A stretch of DNA of 64,000 bases from Saprospiraceae bacterium (GCA_022448945.1 JAKVCV010000021.1:6804-70803), one strand, 5' to 3'. Positions 29,285 to 38,610 are shown, counted from the first letter of the stretch. Notes: a model not told the origin generated them from the sequence alone. Made by a program: numbers and translations.

Positions 29285-29914
29285 ATGAATTATAAAGTTA
29301 TTGATATAGAAAATTGGAAACGTAAAGATCAATATGAATTTTTTAAATCTTTTGATCTGCCATTTTTTAATGTTACTGCTAATGTTAATGTAACTTCTTT
29401 TTTAACTTATACAAAAAATAATAAATTGCCTTTTTTTTATTGTACATTATTTGCCATTCTTAAAGCTTGTAATGAAATTCCCGAGTTTCGCTATCGAATA
29501 AATGAAAACCAGGTTTTTGACTATCAAAAAATTAATGCAGGAATTACTATTTTAAAAGATGATAATACTTTTATATATGGGTCCATAGATTTTAAATCTA
29601 ATTTACATGAATTTGTGATTCATGCAAAAGAGATGGTAGCGCATCAAAAACTAAATAAAGCTTTTTTACCGCACGATACTAATGATTTAATTTTTGTTTC
29701 TGCTATTCCATGGGTTTCTTTTACTGGTTTTGTTCATGCAAGGAAAACATGTGAAAGTGATAGTGTGCCAAGATTTGTAATCGGTAAGTTTTTTAAAGAA
29801 AAAGATCAATTGTTACTCCCAATCTCTGTTGAAGTTCACCATGCATTAGCAGATGGTTTTCATATTGGGCAGTTTTTGGAAAAAATTCAACTAGAATTTG
29901 ATTCTTATAGTTAA
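29285..29914 (+). CDS. cat: type A chloramphenicol O-acetyltransferase-like protein
   Basis: The CAT fold pattern runs the full length (W.RK..YEFF, the FTGFVHAR region), and the catalytic His motif is present (SVEVHHALADGFHIGQF). Confidence 0.88.
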   Translation: MNYKVIDIENWKRKDQYEFFKSFDLPFFNVTANVNVTSFLTYTKNNKLPFFYCTLFAILKACNEIPEFRYRINENQVFDYQKINAGITILKDDNTFIYGSIDFKSNLHEFVIHAKEMVAHQKLNKAFLPHDTNDLIFVSAIPWVSFTGFVHARKTCESDSVPRFVIGKFFKEKDQLLLPISVEVHHALADGFHIGQFLEKIQLEFDSYS

Positions 29915-29986
29915 TAGGATAGCTTAAGTAAATTATTATCTATGATGATTGGTGATGAACTTCTATATAAAATTAAATTAAGTAGT

Positions 29987-32008
29987 ATGAAATATCTTTT
30001 AACTTTACTTTTTTTAAGCTTTCTTTTTCAATTGTCAGGACAATCGGGTGGTGAAGATTGTTCAACGGCTACTGTGATTCCGTCAATTCCTTATGTAGGG
30101 AGCGGCAATACAATTGGTGCTGTTGATGATTATTTTGCAAGTTGTGCCGATTATCCTAATCAAGGGGGTGCAAATGATTTGGTTTATGAGTATTCGAACG
30201 GTCCCAATCAAGTATATGTTGATATAAGTTTATGTGAGGATGTTACTGATTACGATTGTCAGCTTTATCTTTATGAAAATTCATGTACTGGTAATCCTGT
30301 TGGTTGCCAGGAAGATGGTTGTCAATCGCCTAATTATTCTGCTCCTTATAATTCTCGCTTAATGGCTCAGCTTCTTCAACCCAATACCACCTATTATATT
30401 GTTGTTGATGGATATTCTTCAGGTTCTAATGGCAATTACCAGTTAAATGTTTCTGAAACTATAGGTCTTAATGCTCCAGATTCTAGCAATTTGCCACTTG
30501 TTTTAATTCAGACTAATGGTGGTGAAATAGTTGATGAACCAAAAATCAATGTAGACTTTAAAATTATAAATAATGGACCTGGTGCTTTTAATTTCCCCAC
30601 AGACCCAGCTAATGAATACGATGGTGTTGCTGGTGTTGAAATAAGAGGGTCTTACTCTGCTACCCTTCCACAAAAGCCATTTGGAATAGAAACTAGAGAT
30701 TCGTTAGGAGAAAATAATAACGTATCTCTTTTTAATATGCCTTCAGAAAATGATTGGATTCTCATTGCCAACTATAATGATAAAACATTTTTACGCAATA
30801 TCCTTGCATTTGATTTATTTGCAAAAATGGGCCATTATGCACCTAGAACCGAGTTGTGTGAAGTTGTAGTTAATGATATATACCAGGGTATTTATGTTTT
30901 TACTGAAAAAATCAAAAGGGACAAAGATCGTGTCGATATTGCTAAGTTGAAAGTAAATGAAAATGCAGGTGATAGTCTTACAGGAGGCTATATTTTTAAA
31001 GTAGATTATTGGAATTCATCCAATAGCTGGTTGTCAAATTACAATAATCCTAATTATCCTAGTGATGATGTGTACTATGTATATGAATATCCTGATGAAA
31101 ATGATATTACAATTCAACAAAAAAATTATATACAATCAAAAGTAACTGCATTTGAAAATGACTTATGGGGTGCAAATTTTAACGATCCAATTAATGGTTA
31201 TCGACAACATATTGATGTCCCATCCTTTATTGACTATTTTATTGTTAATGAATTTGCAAGAAATATAGATGGGTTTAAAAAAAGTAGAAGGTTTTATAAA
31301 AATAAGAATAGTAATGACTCTTTAATTTACGCAGGACCTGTATGGGATTTTGATTGGGCTTATAAAGATCATACATCAAGTATGTTAAATGGGAGTGGAT
31401 GGAGACATAGTTTTTCAGGAGGCTCTGATGTTAAACCACCAGGATGGTATATTAGGCTAATCCAAGATACCACATTTGCAAATGAATTGGCATGTCGTTA
31501 TTTTGATTTAAGAACAACAATATTGGACACTACAGTTTTATTTAATTATATTGATTCTATTGGAAATGCCCTTTCTTCTGCACAAGAACGTCATTATATA
31601 CGTTGGCCAATTTTAGGTATTAATGTAGGCACTCCAGAAATTGGTTCTCAACCCACAAGTTATGTTGATGAAATAATTAAGTTTAAAGGATGGATTACTG
31701 ATAGATTGATTTGGCTTGATAATAATATGCCAGGGAATTGTATTTTAACTAATATTTCAAGAACTGATAAAAGGAAACCTTATTGCGCAATATACCCGAA
31801 TCCTTCTTTTGATAAATTAAACATTTATGTAGATGAGCCTATTGAGTATATTAATGTATATGACTTATCAGGAAGACTTATCATAGATCATTTATTAATG
31901 CCTCAGCAATTACAAATATTAAATGTAAAGTCATTAACAGGAATGTATTTAGTTGTAATAAAATTAAAAGATGGTCAAGTAATTCAGTCTAAATTTATTA
32001 GCCAATAA
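29987..32008 (+). CDS. secreted CotH kinase-family protein with an N-terminal Cys-rich pre-domain and a T9SS C-terminal sorting domain
   Basis: The ATG at 29987 gives a signal peptide (MKYLLTLLFLSFLFQLSGQ). The CotH core is present (DKTFLRNILAFDLFAKMGHYAPRTELCEVVVNDIYQGIYVFTEKIKRDKDRVDI, FDWAYKD). The C-terminal Por-type tail is IYPNPSFDKLNIY...VYDLSGRLI...GMYLVVIKLKDGQ. Confidence 0.8.
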   Translation: MKYLLTLLFLSFLFQLSGQSGGEDCSTATVIPSIPYVGSGNTIGAVDDYFASCADYPNQGGANDLVYEYSNGPNQVYVDISLCEDVTDYDCQLYLYENSCTGNPVGCQEDGCQSPNYSAPYNSRLMAQLLQPNTTYYIVVDGYSSGSNGNYQLNVSETIGLNAPDSSNLPLVLIQTNGGEIVDEPKINVDFKIINNGPGAFNFPTDPANEYDGVAGVEIRGSYSATLPQKPFGIETRDSLGENNNVSLFNMPSENDWILIANYNDKTFLRNILAFDLFAKMGHYAPRTELCEVVVNDIYQGIYVFTEKIKRDKDRVDIAKLKVNENAGDSLTGGYIFKVDYWNSSNSWLSNYNNPNYPSDDVYYVYEYPDENDITIQQKNYIQSKVTAFENDLWGANFNDPINGYRQHIDVPSFIDYFIVNEFARNIDGFKKSRRFYKNKNSNDSLIYAGPVWDFDWAYKDHTSSMLNGSGWRHSFSGGSDVKPPGWYIRLIQDTTFANELACRYFDLRTTILDTTVLFNYIDSIGNALSSAQERHYIRWPILGINVGTPEIGSQPTSYVDEIIKFKGWITDRLIWLDNNMPGNCILTNISRTDKRKPYCAIYPNPSFDKLNIYVDEPIEYINVYDLSGRLIIDHLLMPQQLQILNVKSLTGMYLVVIKLKDGQVIQSKFISQ

Positions 32009-32167
32009 ATAAACGAGTATTACTATCTGGTCAATAACGCTTAATATTTTTTACTAATTAAATTCCAGGCAATTTAGTTTTAGAAGATTCATTATAAATG
32101 AAGTCTATGATAATAGTAGTAAAACGATTAAAAAGTCAAAGTTTAGGAATCTATTAAATCTTCAATT

Positions 32168-33058
32168 ATGAAAAAAAAAGCTTTACTTGATTTTTTAGTT
32201 AATGTAGAAAACCAAGGTGTTGTAAAATTACATATTAGTGGCTATAGATGGTTTAAAAGTATATGGTTACCTCGTCTTGGATTGGCAGATTTATTAATAC
32301 CAGAACATGCAGCATTATTAGCGGATTGTTGGTATCTGATGGGAGATGTATATGATTTCAATTGTGCTCCCTTAAAAGCAATTGAATGTTATAAGAAGGC
32401 AATTCAATATGATGAAAGTATAGATGGAGCGTATAGAGAAATTGCAAACATGTATAAACAAATTGGACATTATTCGAAAGCACTTAATTATATTAATATT
32501 GCTATAGATATGATGCCTGATAATACTGAAATCAAAGCTGAAAAAGAAGAAATTCAGGATTGTATTAATTACGATGTCGAACCATTTTTAACAGATAATA
32601 ATCAGTGCTGGAAACTCAATGAAAAGTTGGCAAATCAAGAATTTGATTTTATAATACAATTAGTATCTCAGATTGATAATCCTGAATTAAATATTATACA
32701 ATGTTTGGCAAGGGCGTATGGTGCTCAAGCAAATTTTGAAAAATATCTTGAGACTTGGGGACAAATAACAAACTCTAATCTTACATTTTCATTGGAATAT
32801 GCTGATTGGTTTTATATGCCAGATGAGATTTTAAATAGTAGTGAAATTTGGCAAATGATCAAAAGTGCTAGTGGTAGAATTGATGAGGCAAATTTTATGA
32901 TCTTTGATTCTTTTACCGAAAACTATGGCAATCAATTAACAAAAAATCAAGTTGTTAATCTGATTGCAGATTTTTATATTTTTAAAGCTAATTCTAATAA
33001 ACAAGGTATTAAAAATTTAGTTGAGAAGTTTCCTTTATGGAAAGAGTTAAAAGAATAA
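32168..33058 (+). CDS. TPR repeat-containing hypothetical protein
   Basis: TPR-like helical repeats are visible (GDVYDFNCAPLKAIECYKKAIQYDESIDGAYREIANMYKQIGHYSKALNYINIAIDMMPDN). It has no signal peptide. Confidence 0.6.
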   Translation: MKKKALLDFLVNVENQGVVKLHISGYRWFKSIWLPRLGLADLLIPEHAALLADCWYLMGDVYDFNCAPLKAIECYKKAIQYDESIDGAYREIANMYKQIGHYSKALNYINIAIDMMPDNTEIKAEKEEIQDCINYDVEPFLTDNNQCWKLNEKLANQEFDFIIQLVSQIDNPELNIIQCLARAYGAQANFEKYLETWGQITNSNLTFSLEYADWFYMPDEILNSSEIWQMIKSASGRIDEANFMIFDSFTENYGNQLTKNQVVNLIADFYIFKANSNKQGIKNLVEKFPLWKELKE

Positions 33059-33107
33059 TCATCGAAAGTTATTCTATAGCATAAAAAGTAATAATTGCTA
33101 TACTAAT

Positions 33108-34247
33108 TTATTCTCCGTCTTTTCCTTTTTTACAGTTTAGGGCATAAATAGCAAAACTAGCCAACCAATGTTCCCCTTCATAATTCGCATCAGCTATTGT
33201 AGGTAACGAATAATTAATGTGATTAAGTGCTATTTTTTTGAGATGATGATATTTTGGTAGCGTCTGTACAATTCCATAAAGACACCATGCACGGCTGAAG
33301 TTGAGCCCGTCTAAATGAACTAAATGACCATCTTCTCTATCTGAGACAATTCCAGGTTCCAATTTAAAATCAAGACTAGATAATTCAGGCAAAAACTTTT
33401 TAAGCCATGCAGCAAATTTATTAGCGGGTAATACCCTTCGCATAATATCTATTTCTTCAAAACAAGGTGATAAAAAATCATAACCACCAGGTTCCCACGC
33501 TAGAGGAGCGTTTGTGTCAGATTCAAAAAATGCTAAAGATCTTTCTACTATGGCGTTTTTGAGTTTGTCATTCCCTACAGCAATAGCATAATCATAAGCA
33601 AAAGTAAGTCCAAATCCAGTATTTGTATGTGTACCAATTCGAATTGGATAGATTAGTTTAGGAAGAAACTCTATGTATTTGTTCGCTATTAAATTAGTTA
33701 AAGGATACAAATTATTTTCTAGTTTTCTAGCAAGGGAGTCATCCCAGTTGTGTAATTCTTCTGCTAATTTTAATAACCATGCCCAACCGTAAGTTCTTTC
33801 ATAACTTTTATTTAATGGTTCTTGGAAATAAGTAACTTCCTGAAGAATATTTTCTTTAGAAATACGTTGGATTAGTTTTTCGCGAATCAATTCAGCATTT
33901 TCTAGATTTGGAAATTGTTTAAGAAGTGTAACCAAAGACCATTGTCCGTGAACTGCTGAATGCCAGTCGAAGCAACCGTAAAAAGCAGGATGTAAAACAG
34001 AGGGAGGGTTTAAGTCTTCTTCCTTTCCAAGTGTTTGATTTAGTTTGTTCGGATATTCTGTATCTATACAATTCAGAGGTAATTTAGAAAGATGATTGGC
34101 TTGTTCTAAGTTTAATTGGGATTCTTTAGAAATCATAAGAATACTATCTTTTTTAATGGTATTATCAACGGTATTTTTAATATTTTTTTCTTTTTGGCTA
34201 CAAGCAATTACAATAATTATAAGCCCCCAAATAGCTGTATATTTCAT
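33108..34247 (-). CDS. DUF2891 domain lipoprotein
   Basis: It has a lipoprotein signal (IIIVIACS). The motif HPAFYGCFDWHSAVHGQWSL, with later GTHTNTGF and EPGGYDFLSPC, is one I associate with DUF2891. This rests on recollection only. Confidence 0.6.
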   Translation of the reverse strand: MKYTAIWGLIIIVIACSQKEKNIKNTVDNTIKKDSILMISKESQLNLEQANHLSKLPLNCIDTEYPNKLNQTLGKEEDLNPPSVLHPAFYGCFDWHSAVHGQWSLVTLLKQFPNLENAELIREKLIQRISKENILQEVTYFQEPLNKSYERTYGWAWLLKLAEELHNWDDSLARKLENNLYPLTNLIANKYIEFLPKLIYPIRIGTHTNTGFGLTFAYDYAIAVGNDKLKNAIVERSLAFFESDTNAPLAWEPGGYDFLSPCFEEIDIMRRVLPANKFAAWLKKFLPELSSLDFKLEPGIVSDREDGHLVHLDGLNFSRAWCLYGIVQTLPKYHHLKKIALNHINYSLPTIADANYEGEHWLASFAIYALNCKKGKDGE

Positions 34248-34573
34248 ATGTAGTTTTTATTTTATTTAGGTATAAAGATATTAATATTAAGAACCTCTAA
34301 TAACAAAACATGAGATATCTTATACTAAATTAAATTAATCTGTAGGTTGGAAGATTATAATAACATCTTAGTTTTATCAAAGTTATTTGTAGAACTAGGA
34401 TGTTATCAATTCAATTCTTCAATTTAATTTTTAGTAAAAATCTGGAGTTTTATAACATGGACTATAACGAAATGAACTTTTTTATTCGGCTGTAATATTA
34501 TGTCACATATAATTTAAAAGATCGATAAATATTCAGAATATAAAGATGTCAAATCTACTTTTCCTAATATTTA

Positions 34574-34987
34574 TTAACTATGATTTAATGTGCTCACACA
34601 GCATTTTTGCTCTTTGCAATTACAAAATCTAAGATTATAAATATGTAAAGATACTAGTCCAAGTGCTGGGAAATAAATACTGCTTTTTGATAATGGTATC
34701 CATGCTAATTTTTCATTTAATAGTAAGATTAATAGTAACACCCAACTAATCCATAAAGCTCTTTTTAGCCATGTTTTTGAAGTTTTTTTGGCAGTCCAGT
34801 ATATAGCACAAAAAGAAATTGCTAAAAAAATAAAATCTATTAATTGCCACCATAGAGGTGCACTAGAGCAACAGCTGCTAGAGCATGATTGCGCAATAAA
34901 AATAATAGGTGTAGCTAGACAATGAATTAAGCAAAGTCCACTTGCAAGTGCACCTAGAGTATCTGATTTTTGGACAATGGAAACCAT
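34574..34987 (-). CDS. MerC-domain membrane protein (Cys-rich, 4 TM)
   Basis: The ATG at 34987 gives MVSIVQKSD.... The MerC-type motif GLCLIHCLATP is present, plus SCSSSCCSS and a C-terminal CNCKEQKCC cluster. The listed start at 35017 is a GTG. Confidence 0.7.
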   Translation of the reverse strand: MVSIVQKSDTLGALASGLCLIHCLATPIIFIAQSCSSSCCSSAPLWWQLIDFIFLAISFCAIYWTAKKTSKTWLKRALWISWVLLLILLLNEKLAWIPLSKSSIYFPALGLVSLHIYNLRFCNCKEQKCCVSTLNHS

Positions 34988-35034
34988 AAAATTAATTTGT
35001 TTAAATAATATGGGCACAAAGCTAATAAAAAAAA

Positions 35035-35061
35035 TTTAAATGCAACACAGTTGCATTTAAA
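35035..35061. promoter_or_regulatory. perfect 12-bp inverted repeat with a 3-bp spacer in the divergent promoter region upstream of the MerC-like gene (candidate operator)
   Basis: The sequence is TTTAAATGCAAC-ACA-GTTGCATTTAAA by direct reading. It lies 48 bp upstream of the ATG at 34987, between divergent genes, so it is not a terminator. Confidence 0.4.
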
Positions 35062-35199
35062 AAAATAATAATTTTACATTTTTTTTTAGTAAATTCAATT
35101 GTTTTGATATTGACAAATGAATAAGTAATCGTATTTAATAATTTATATTTACTATTTGTTTAAACATAAGCGATTAGTATTTTTAAATCCAATTTTTTT

Positions 35200-36441
35200 A
35201 TGAGTAGGTTCATATTTTTTGTGCTTTTGATAGTAATTAAATTTTATCTATATATCAGCCTATATAGACTTACTAATATTAAATTCATAAGATGTATAGC
35301 CATAGTTTTTTGTGTTGCTTCGTTCCTCTCTGTTATATTTGGATTTTATTATATTTCTTTAGGTTTTGGAGGTGGATTAAGTAGTATGACCTTTATTCAA
35401 AACTTTTCTATTGCTTTAATGCTATCTTTTTTTATTTGTGAAATGTTGATAGTATCATTTTATTTGCTTCAGGACTTAATGACAATAATTTTTATAGGAT
35501 TTCAGTATTTTTTTGTTAAAAAAGAAAAAACAGTAAAGCCTAAGAGACGTCAATTTTTAAAAAAAATAGCTCTATTAATAGGAGGGGGCGCATTTTCTTC
35601 TTTTTTGTATGGAATTACTTGGGGAAAGTATAATTATAAAGTAGTAAATCAAGAATTGTGTTTTGATGACCTGCCTGATTCATTTGATGGTTTTAGGATT
35701 GCTCAGATTTCAGACATACATGCTGGTAGTTTTGATAATGCTACTGCTGTAAGGAGGGGGTTTGACATTTTGCAAAAGCAAAATGCTGACTTAATACTAT
35801 TTACTGGGGATTTAGTAAATACTTTTGCTTCAGAAATTGAACCATATATTGGTGACTTAAAAAAGTTGACGGCACCATATGGTAAATTTTCAATTCTTGG
35901 TAATCATGATTATTCAATGTATCGTAGACTTTTTGAAGATGAAGAGCATGCAAAAAAGAATTCAAATCAAATAAAAGCACATCATAAAAGTATGAATTTT
36001 CAATTATTGCTTAATAAAAATGTCAAATTGAAAAAAAATGGTGAATATATTAGATTAATTGGAGTTGAAAATTGGGGTAGAAGTCATCATTTTGCAAAGG
36101 CTGGTGATTTAGATCTTGCTATTCAGGGTTGTGAAGATAAAGAATTTTCAATTTTAATGTCTCATGATCCTACGCATTGGGAAGACAAAGTATTAGATAG
36201 TGAAAAACATATACATCTTACATTAAGTGGCCATACACATGGCTTGCAAATGGGTATTTCTTTACCTGAATTCAAATGGAGTCCTATAAAATATTTTTAT
36301 AAATATTGGGCAGGACTTTATAATGTAAAAGGTAAATATCTTTACGTTAACAGAGGTTTTGGATTCTTGGCTTTTGCTGGACGAGTTGGTATGTTTCCCG
36401 AAATTACTATTATAGAATTGAAAAAAAATAAAGTGATATAA
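35200..36441 (+). CDS. membrane-anchored metallophosphoesterase (calcineurin-like, YkuE-type)
   Basis: An N-terminal multi-TM region is followed by MPE motifs (IAQISDIHAG, FTGDLVN, LGNHD, MSHDP, LSGHTHG). Confidence 0.85.
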   Translation: MSRFIFFVLLIVIKFYLYISLYRLTNIKFIRCIAIVFCVASFLSVIFGFYYISLGFGGGLSSMTFIQNFSIALMLSFFICEMLIVSFYLLQDLMTIIFIGFQYFFVKKEKTVKPKRRQFLKKIALLIGGGAFSSFLYGITWGKYNYKVVNQELCFDDLPDSFDGFRIAQISDIHAGSFDNATAVRRGFDILQKQNADLILFTGDLVNTFASEIEPYIGDLKKLTAPYGKFSILGNHDYSMYRRLFEDEEHAKKNSNQIKAHHKSMNFQLLLNKNVKLKKNGEYIRLIGVENWGRSHHFAKAGDLDLAIQGCEDKEFSILMSHDPTHWEDKVLDSEKHIHLTLSGHTHGLQMGISLPEFKWSPIKYFYKYWAGLYNVKGKYLYVNRGFGFLAFAGRVGMFPEITIIELKKNKVI

Positions 36442-36508
36442 AGAAAACTTAGAATTAGCAAAATAGGCCAATGATTTTTTTATTTAAGGTATAGTACTTT
36501 TGCGTTTT

Positions 36509-37162
36509 TTATTCTTTATGTTTTTTTCCATAAGCTAAATCTCCTGCATCCCCTAAACCAGGCACAATATAAGATCGAGCGGTTAATTCTTCATCAATAG
36601 CAGCTACCCAGATAGTTGCATTTGGAAGTGTTCGCTTTACATGTTCTATAGCATCGACAGATGCAATAACCACAATAATATGAATGTCGGTTGGATTTCC
36701 ATGAGATAACAACGCTTTTATGGATGTTGTCATTGACATACCAGTTGCTAGCATAGGATCACATAATAGTAGTGGCCGATTATTTAGATCCGGGCAAGAA
36801 ACATGATCAACATTTATTTCGAATGTGCCATCTTTGTGATGACGGCGATAGGCAGAAACAAAAGCATTATCTGCCTGATCATAAAAGTTTAAGATTCCTT
36901 GATGTAATGGAATTCCTGCTCTAAGGATTGTCGCTATTACTGGCTGTTTTGCTATTATCCTTGAATCTGCAATTCCCATAGGTGTTTCAACTTTAATTTC
37001 TGCATAATCCAGCTTTTTACTTATTTCATATGCAAAGATTTCACCAAGTCTTTCCAGGTTTTTTCTGAAACGTAGGCGATCAGCTTGAATTTCTACATCC
37101 CTAAGTTCTGTAATGTATTGACTCACAAGAGAACTTTCATTGGATAGGTTAATGATTGACAT
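36509..37162 (-). CDS. upp: uracil phosphoribosyltransferase
   Basis: The PRPP-binding loop is present (LLLCDPMLATGMS), along with ILRAG and the C-terminal YIVPGLGDAGD, all canonical for Upp. Confidence 0.95.
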   Translation of the reverse strand: MSIINLSNESSLVSQYITELRDVEIQADRLRFRKNLERLGEIFAYEISKKLDYAEIKVETPMGIADSRIIAKQPVIATILRAGIPLHQGILNFYDQADNAFVSAYRRHHKDGTFEINVDHVSCPDLNNRPLLLCDPMLATGMSMTTSIKALLSHGNPTDIHIIVVIASVDAIEHVKRTLPNATIWVAAIDEELTARSYIVPGLGDAGDLAYGKKHKE

Positions 37163-37427
37163 AATTCTGATTTTGTAGGAATTGAAAATGCAGTAATAAT
37201 TACTAATTTAAAAAAAAAAGCTTACTTTTTCGTTCGAAGAACAATGAAATTAAATTATTATTTTTTTTCTATGATTAAATATATATCTAAATAAAAATAA
37301 TACATATTACAACAATTGCATTGTGGTAGTTATTTAGTAGAATGTATTTTTTAATGGATGAATTTTTTAAAAATAACTTTTGTCAAACATATGGATATAT
37401 GTAGGCAATTAATTTAATATATAACAT

Positions 37428-38234
37428 ATGCATACAATTAATATAGGACAACAGCACTTTAATTGGGATATTATCGTTTATTCCTGGCAAAAGTTTACTG
37501 AATGTTCAATATACAATATTATAGATCCTATTCAAAAATTGATAATTGTAATTGAGGGTACTGATTCAAACTTGTGTACGCCTGATAACATTAGAATTTG
37601 GGTCGATCATGCACTAAATAAGGGATGGTATAGAGAAACCCTCATATATAAAATAATTCAAGCAGATCATAATCTTCAATTCATTTCTCTTGCCCATAGT
37701 ATAACTGAAGAGGTTCAAATGGCAAAAGGTGTTGCTATAAAACACAATAGAACACCTACAATGATACAAAAAAGTGAGATAAGCCATGAATTTTCAAAAT
37801 TAGAAAAAAAAATTAATCAGTGTATTCCTTCTGTTTTTAAACAGCTTTATTTAGAAATGGGAAATGGTCAATTTGGACCAGATTACGGTTTTTTTAATTT
37901 GATAGATAATCATTCGGGCAAAAAAATTACTATTGAACAAGCATATTTTAAAATACATGATTCAAAGATTAAGGATTGGAATTGGGAATTACCTCAATAT
38001 TTGGTTCCATTTTTATATTGGGGGTCAGGTATTTATTCATTGATTGATTGTTCAGATTCTTTAGCAAGTGTTTATGTTCTAGATAAGAATTTGAAAAAAG
38101 AGAATTCTACATGGCAAAACTGTCTTTGGCAACATTGTGAAACTTTTATGGATTGGCTTCAAAAATGGTCTGATGGAGACATCTCTGGACGTTCTTTATG
38201 GCTGGAAATGTATAAGCTAAAGGGATTGATTTAA
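37428..38234 (+). CDS. SMI1/KNR4 (SUKH superfamily) domain protein with an unassigned ~110-aa N-terminal region
   Basis: The C-terminal half shows the SUKH pattern (IPSVFKQLYLEMGNGQFGPDYGFFNL ... LVPFLYWGSGIYSLID). Confidence 0.6.
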   Translation: MHTINIGQQHFNWDIIVYSWQKFTECSIYNIIDPIQKLIIVIEGTDSNLCTPDNIRIWVDHALNKGWYRETLIYKIIQADHNLQFISLAHSITEEVQMAKGVAIKHNRTPTMIQKSEISHEFSKLEKKINQCIPSVFKQLYLEMGNGQFGPDYGFFNLIDNHSGKKITIEQAYFKIHDSKIKDWNWELPQYLVPFLYWGSGIYSLIDCSDSLASVYVLDKNLKKENSTWQNCLWQHCETFMDWLQKWSDGDISGRSLWLEMYKLKGLI

Positions 38235-38312
38235 TTTATTTTTCTATAGTATTTTCAATTTAACTTTACAGTGAAAGTTTAACATTTAAATCATAAAAAA
38301 TGAGCGGAATTG

Positions 38313-38330
38313 ATTCCCACAGATTCCCAC
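38313..38330 (-). promoter_or_regulatory. two MraZ-box-like repeats (AAAGTGGGAAT / CTGTGGGAAT) with 10-bp period, in inverted orientation relative to the proximal array
   Basis: The plus strand reads ATTCCCACAGATTCCCAC, and the minus strand reads GTGGGAATCTGTGGGAAT followed/preceded by AAA. It lies about 320 bp upstream of mraZ. Confidence 0.35.
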
Positions 38331-38413
38331 TTTTAAATGATTTTCTTCTTCGATAGCTTTTTTTAATGTAAAATTTAGGCTATTTCTACTTTTTTTGATT
38401 AAAAAAATCAAAG

Positions 38414-38436
38414 TTTCCCACTTTTGTTTCACTTTG
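38414..38436 (-). promoter_or_regulatory. two further inverted MraZ-box-like repeats (AAAGTGA / AAAGTGGGAAA, 11-bp spacing)
   Basis: The plus strand reads TTTCCCACTTTTGTTTCACTTTG, and the minus strand reads CAAAGTGAAACAAAAGTGGGAAA. It lies about 215 bp upstream of mraZ. Confidence 0.3.
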
Positions 38437-38570
38437 ATAATTTAAGGGTTAATTTTTTAATGAATGTGCCTTAGGGCTATTATATGGCCCATATATACAC
38501 CTTTCAATCAAAATAATTGCAGCTTAGTAATCTTGATCTTTATCAAGAAAAAATAATTATTTTGAATAAA

Positions 38571-38610
38571 AAGTGGTAAAAAGTGGTAAATGGTGGTAAA
38601 ATATGGTACA
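38571..38610 (+). promoter_or_regulatory. MraZ operator-like array: four direct repeats with exact 10-bp period (AAGTGGTAAA, AAGTGGTAAA, TGGTGGTAAA, ATATGGTACA)
   Basis: This is a direct reading. It ends 31 nt before the mraZ ATG and overlaps a TAnnTTTG -7 box. MraZ proteins are known to bind direct repeats with about 10-bp period and a GTGG-type core upstream of their own gene. Confidence 0.6.

Noticed and set aside
29285-29914. cat as part of an acquired resistance cassette or island
   Set aside because: There are no flanking IS elements, integrase, att-like repeats or obvious compositional break. CAT-like acetyltransferases are commonly chromosomal in Bacteroidota. Only the adjacent carbonic anhydrase pseudogene is unusual, and it is reported separately.
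38391-38413. Palindrome-like TTTTTTGATTAAAAAAATCAAAG in the mraZ upstream spacer
   Set aside because: The stem is a short 6-7 bp and AT-only, and lies within homopolymer runs. It is indistinguishable from low-complexity background.
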